Shown here: in pieces, positions 59,624 to 64,000 of the stretch | Layout: every line of letters starts with the position of its first letter | Position numbering within the stretch: position 1 is the stretch's first letter | Assembly (NCBI GenBank): GCA_001643675.2 | Contig: LSRY02000029.1 | Location: 124,001 to 188,000 of the forward strand | DNA from: Monocercomonoides exilis PA203 | Taxonomy: Eukaryota > Protista > Preaxostyla | Length of the DNA stretch: 64,000 bases | Reading direction: 5' to 3' | Program-made: the position numbers and the translations under genes | The notes under the pieces: model-generated | The model's input: the letters and a program-made list of their open reading frames with translations, nothing else | What the model was told of the DNA's origin: nothing | The model's database searches: none

Positions 59624-62599
59624 ATGTCTTCATTGCATTCGTCAAGGAAATTTTTGTTCCTTACATTACTTTTAACATTCTCTAATGCTATGCATTCTTT
59701 TTCCGCCTTTCCTCTTCCTCAGATCGATGTTCCAAACGTTGGAACAGTTGGATCTCGACAATCTTCTGCATTCTTCAAAATTAAAACAGATTCAATTTAT
59801 CGTCTTGATAATATTCCACAGGAGACATTTGATGAAATTGTGTCTAATCCATCATATCGTTCAAAAGGAATTGTAATTCTACTTCCACATAAATTATCAA
59901 ATGAATCTATCAAACGTATTAATGCAATGGAAGAAGCCTTTTTAAAACATTCTACAAGCGTTCCAATATTTTTTGCACAGGAGGATGCGCAACTGCTGTC
60001 CCTTTTGCGCTCTGTTAAACGTCCGCATCCAGGACAACAATCTGTCTACTTTAAATTGAAGTCAAAAGGAATTCCATCTTCACCAAAAGTTCACACCATT
60101 CAAGGCTGGTTGTTTGGAAAAGGAAATCCTCGTGAGATCCCAACTCTTGCAGTTGTAGCTAATTACGATACATTTGGCATATTACCTCCGTTTTCAACAA
60201 ATGCAAATCGACCAACAACTGGAGCTGCTGGATTGATTGAATGCATGAGGATATTTAGTAAATTGTATAAAAATCCTTCCGCAAGACCTTCGATGAATCT
60301 TGTATTCGTTCTTTCAGGAGGATCTGCAATTCAAGATTTTGAAGGTATTAGACACTGGTGGGCAAAATTACCAAAGCAAAAGGACGTCGGTTCAGTTCCA
60401 TCTGCAGCCATCTTTTTGGATTCATTGGCAAACATGTCATCTGAAGATGGTTCCTTTGAAGATAAATTGATGGTTTATTTCAGCAGAAAAACAAAGGAAA
60501 TGATGGGAGAAATTGAAGAAGAAGAAGAAAAAGGAGTAGATGATAGCGAAGAAGAGGAAGGAGAACACTCTGAGAAGGAAGAAAGCTCATCAAGCGAAAG
60601 CAGCTCGAAGAAAGACAGTAATGCAAAAAAAGCATCTGAAAGCAGCGATGATATGAAACCAGAGTTTATCGAGTCATCATATCCACAAATTCTGACATTT
60701 GTGCGCTCAGCAGCTGCTGAACAAGGAATCACACTTGTTGAAGTCGAAAACGAGATGCGGAATATTCCTGCGGCTGTCCGAGAAGAGCGTGGAGAGCTGG
60801 TTGCTCAGCTGCTGAGAGAGAAGAGAGAGAAAGAGAAAGAGTTTGCGAAGGAGAAAGAGGAGAAAGCGAAGTTCAAGAAGAGCAAAGCAGCTGTGGAGCA
60901 AGAGGAGGCAGAGGAAGCGAGCGAAGAAGAGGAAGAAGAGAGCGAGGACAACGAAGACGAAGAAGCCGAAGACGAGAAAGAAAAAACCGAAAAGCAGAAG
61001 AAGCAAGAGAAAGCGCGCAATCAACAGAAGAACCGCCGCAGAGGAGGAATGGCAGGCCAGCAGCAGCGCCATCTGCAGCCACTGCGACCGGCTGTGATGG
61101 GACATGAGATTCTGAATGCTGAGGGAGAGGCTGTGTCTGTGTCAATTTCGACAGTTCGCACAGGAAGGGCATTGAAGAACCAGTCGGCGGAGGAGAAGTG
61201 GCTGGGAGGAAATGGGCCAAGAGCTGATATTTTGGAGTGGAAGAAGGGAATTCAGGTGCTGAAGAGAGAAGTTGAGATGGTTGGTGTGGAACAAGAAGCA
61301 AGCAAAGAGGAGAAAGAAGAAGAGAAAACAGAGCAAACCCAGAAAAAGACAGGAAAAGCGGCGAAGAAATCTTCTTCAAACAACAAAAAGGAGGCTCTAC
61401 ATTCGATGTTTATGTGCCACACGTCTTCGACAGATCATCCGTCTCTCATTGATTATGCCTCACTCACACGCAATACACAACTCGTTGCCAACATCATCCT
61501 TTCCTATCTGATTAACAACGGAGACGCAACACATCTGAATGTTATTACTCCTTCATCAACAACAACAACTTCTTCTTCTTCTTCTTCTTCTGAAGCTTCG
61601 TCTGAAACTTCTCAGAGTGGAGACAATTCTGTGTCTGATCTTGTGCGTGTGTCTGAAGAGCACCTCCGTTCGTGGATGTCTTATCTGACAGCAAACGCCA
61701 TTCCACTTGCAACTGAGCAGACTTCAGTGTCTCCTGTTGTTTTCTCACCCGAGCACATCCTCAACCAGACACGTGTGTCTGCATTCCTCTCAGAGCTGCT
61801 GCCAGACGCTGCTCACGCTTCCACAAAGGGGTCTGTTGTCATTCCATATCCAACTGCCTCTTCATCCTCATCATCAGTCTCTGTGTCTTCCTCCATGCTG
61901 TCCATATTCTCCGCTCTGTTTTCTCGTTCTTGTGATTCTTCGACTTGGCTGTCGACGTCTGTGTCGTGGAGAGAGCACAGCGCAGTGCGCAGCGGCAGCG
62001 TGGCAACGGGGATGATCTACTCAACATTGTCACCAGCACTGTTTCTGGTGCACTCGATTCTTGTGATTGGATATGTGGCGCTTGTGTTTGTGGGGGTGTC
62101 TGTGAGTCCGATGGGAGTGTATGACTTGTTTGGAACGAAGAAGACAAAGGAAGAGAAGGAGAAGGAGAAGAAGGAGAAGGAGAAGAAGCAAAAGGAGAAA
62201 GAAAAGGAAAAAGAGAAGGAGAAGGAGAAAGAAAAGAAAGAAAAAGAGAAAGAAGAAAAAGAGAAAGAAAAATTAGCGAAAAAGGAAAAGAAGAAAGAAA
62301 CAAAAGAGAAGAAAGAGAAGCAGACAGAGAGTGCTACAAAGAAAGCAAAAGCAAACAAGGAAGAAGAGGAAGGAAAAAATCGATCTCAAAAGAAAGCGTC
62401 GAAAGAGAAGGATGAAGAAAAGGATGATGTTAGCGAGGAATCAGATCAAAGTGAAAAAAACGAAGTTCTCCATTCAATTCAATCTGAGGAAGAACAAAAC
62501 GAAGATGAGCCACTGAAAAGATTTGAAGATCAGGTCAGCGAAAAGCAAGCTCCTGTTGAATCATCAGAAGAGAAAGAAAAACTACTTTCAGTTGATTAA
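59624..62599 (+). CDS. NCLN: Nicalin (nicastrin-like ER membrane protein)
   Basis: Signal peptide; TIQGWL, PTLAVVANYDTFG, GLIECMRIFSKLY, NLVFVLSGG, FEGIRHW, IFLDSL, HPSLID; TM LFLVHSILVIGYVALVFVGV; long Lys/Glu tail. Confidence 0.85.
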   Translation: MSSLHSSRKFLFLTLLLTFSNAMHSFSAFPLPQIDVPNVGTVGSRQSSAFFKIKTDSIYRLDNIPQETFDEIVSNPSYRSKGIVILLPHKLSNESIKRINAMEEAFLKHSTSVPIFFAQEDAQLLSLLRSVKRPHPGQQSVYFKLKSKGIPSSPKVHTIQGWLFGKGNPREIPTLAVVANYDTFGILPPFSTNANRPTTGAAGLIECMRIFSKLYKNPSARPSMNLVFVLSGGSAIQDFEGIRHWWAKLPKQKDVGSVPSAAIFLDSLANMSSEDGSFEDKLMVYFSRKTKEMMGEIEEEEEKGVDDSEEEEGEHSEKEESSSSESSSKKDSNAKKASESSDDMKPEFIESSYPQILTFVRSAAAEQGITLVEVENEMRNIPAAVREERGELVAQLLREKREKEKEFAKEKEEKAKFKKSKAAVEQEEAEEASEEEEEESEDNEDEEAEDEKEKTEKQKKQEKARNQQKNRRRGGMAGQQQRHLQPLRPAVMGHEILNAEGEAVSVSISTVRTGRALKNQSAEEKWLGGNGPRADILEWKKGIQVLKREVEMVGVEQEASKEEKEEEKTEQTQKKTGKAAKKSSSNNKKEALHSMFMCHTSSTDHPSLIDYASLTRNTQLVANIILSYLINNGDATHLNVITPSSTTTTSSSSSSSEASSETSQSGDNSVSDLVRVSEEHLRSWMSYLTANAIPLATEQTSVSPVVFSPEHILNQTRVSAFLSELLPDAAHASTKGSVVIPYPTASSSSSSVSVSSSMLSIFSALFSRSCDSSTWLSTSVSWREHSAVRSGSVATGMIYSTLSPALFLVHSILVIGYVALVFVGVSVSPMGVYDLFGTKKTKEEKEKEKKEKEKKQKEKEKEKEKEKEKEKKEKEKEEKEKEKLAKKEKKKETKEKKEKQTESATKKAKANKEEEEGKNRSQKKASKEKDEEKDDVSEESDQSEKNEVLHSIQSEEEQNEDEPLKRFEDQVSEKQAPVESSEEKEKLLSVD

Positions 62600-62739
62600 G
62601 AAGAATGCAATTTATAAATTTTTAAATTATTATTTTTTTCAAAATGATCAAATAATTTATGAAACATTTGTTAGGATATTTTTTTTTTATTCTATAAAAA
62701 GAAAAAATCCAGAAAACTTTGTAACTTTCAAAAAGAAAT

Positions 62740-62916
62740 GGGGCATAATTTTTTCATTCATGAAAAAAACAACGATTTGTTCCGAACATTTTCTGGAAAA
62801 ATATCATTATCAGTCTTTCATTCCCATGTTAAAAAATACAGAAAAATTCAAAAATTGAGAAAAATATTTGTTTAAGTTGAATGGAACAAAATTCATAAAG
62901 CAAAATATTTTGTCCC
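62740..62916 (+). mobile_element. MITE family C (177 bp)
   Basis: GGGGCATAATTTTTT ... AAAATATTTTGTCCC; AAAT on both sides (62736-39, 62917-20); second copy at 21565-21743. Confidence 0.75.
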
Positions 62917-63287
62917 AAATAATCAAAACTTTCACCAATTAATTAAAAAACAAAAATGTCAAAATTTTTTTTAAAAAGTTCTATTTGTTTTATTTTCATT
63001 TGAAAAAAAATTTTCATATTTTGATAATATTTCTGTTCATTCTTTCCAAATTATGCTGTTATTGAAATAAAGGCATGACAATATAATTATTTCCATTTTA
63101 GTGAATTTTCGTGATTGGTAACAGAAAACTGATTGAAATTTGAAATCTAATTTTTCTTTGATAATTAAATAATACGAACTTTACAAAAAAATTTTAGCAA
63201 ATTTAATTCATTTTAATAAAAGAAAATAATAAAAAATAATAAAAATAAATAAATAAAAATAAAATAAAACAAAATAAATAAAAATAT

Positions 63288-63542
63288 GGGTAATTATTTT
63301 TGAAATCAGATTTTTTCTGTGAACAATTTCGGAATGAAAAAAAGCATCAAATGTTTTTGAATGAATTCTGAAAAGTGGAAATACAACAAACAGATTATTG
63401 CATATTATTTTTATCTCAAATATCAGCATTTGTCTCAATTGAAAAGCACGGAACATTTGAATTTAAACTTTTGAGCAAATAGCAGAAAACCAATAAATTA
63501 TTCACACTCCGAAAAAAGTTATGATTTCAAAAATAATCACCC
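63288..63542. mobile_element. MITE family A (255 bp)
   Basis: GGGTAATTATTTTTGAAATCA / TGATTTCAAAAATAATCACCC with ATAT on both sides; internal ATGAATTCTGAAAA at the same offset as in 2599-2853. Confidence 0.85.
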
Positions 63543-63717
63543 ATATACTCACAAACAAAAAAAATATTTTTTCAAATTCAGTGAAAATTTATTTATAATC
63601 AATTTATGAAGACAAAGAAATTTTTATTCACTTAATAGTCAGTGTTTATTTGAAACAAGTACCTCCCCATATAAATTGTTGAAGCATTCAATTATTAGAA
63701 AATAATTTTTCACATAT

Positions 63718-63974
63718 GGGAGATTATTTATGAAAACATAACTTTTTTCAATGTGTTGAAGTTTCGAAAAAATTTTTTTGTTAATTTCTCGAAATTTGTT
63801 ATATCCACATATTATGAGTTGTTATTGAAACAAAAGAAAGCATTCTAGATGCTTAATTGACAATTTTAATTGATAATTATATCATCACTTTTCTTTGTTC
63901 ATTAAAAAAATGATAAATCAATTTTCAAATCGAATGTTGTGACAGAAAAAATGTGAATTCAAAGATAATCACCC
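63718..63974. mobile_element. MITE family A, degenerate copy (257 bp, opposite orientation)
   Basis: GGGAGATTATTTATGAAAACA ... TGAATTCAAAGATAATCACCC; flanks ATAT / ATCA. Confidence 0.7.
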
Positions 63975-64000
63975 ATCATACGAGTTATTCTTTTTGAAAA

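Noticed and set aside
1-64000. CRISPR arrays, rRNA, tRNA, telomeric repeats, prophage or bacterial operons
   Set aside because: No repeat-spacer array, cloverleaf, rRNA signature or telomere-like tandem repeat seen; the genes are spliced eukaryotic types.

Overview
Eukaryotic, intron-containing protist DNA read in the standard code. AT-rich spacers, short GT-AG introns with GTTTG-type donors, poly-Ser/poly-Glu proteins and giant Cys-rich surface proteins suggest an oxymonad such as Monocercomonoides (inference). 1-23 kb is accessory: three co-oriented beta-helix-type surface-protein genes (one giant receptor with a truncated kinase-like tail, one with two in-frame stops), a lineage-expanded helical-repeat gene and an apparently intact, intron-containing pogo-like DD35D DNA transposon. 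23-62.6 kb is gene-dense: a low-complexity protein, a catalytically dead calpain-7-like protein, a PHD-finger protein, RBM34/NOP12, a PSMD5-like protein, a small ubiquitin-fold protein, USP5/UBP14, RED/IK, MSH3 and nicalin. The main signal not explained by the ORF track is a transposon system: three MITE families (about 255, 268 and 177 bp, GGG...CCC ends, nested in each other) and the autonomous element sit in duplicated AWWT targets (ATAT, ATTT, AAAT) rather than the TA expected for pogo/Tc1-mariner. All calls come from reading the sequence by eye; no database searches were run.
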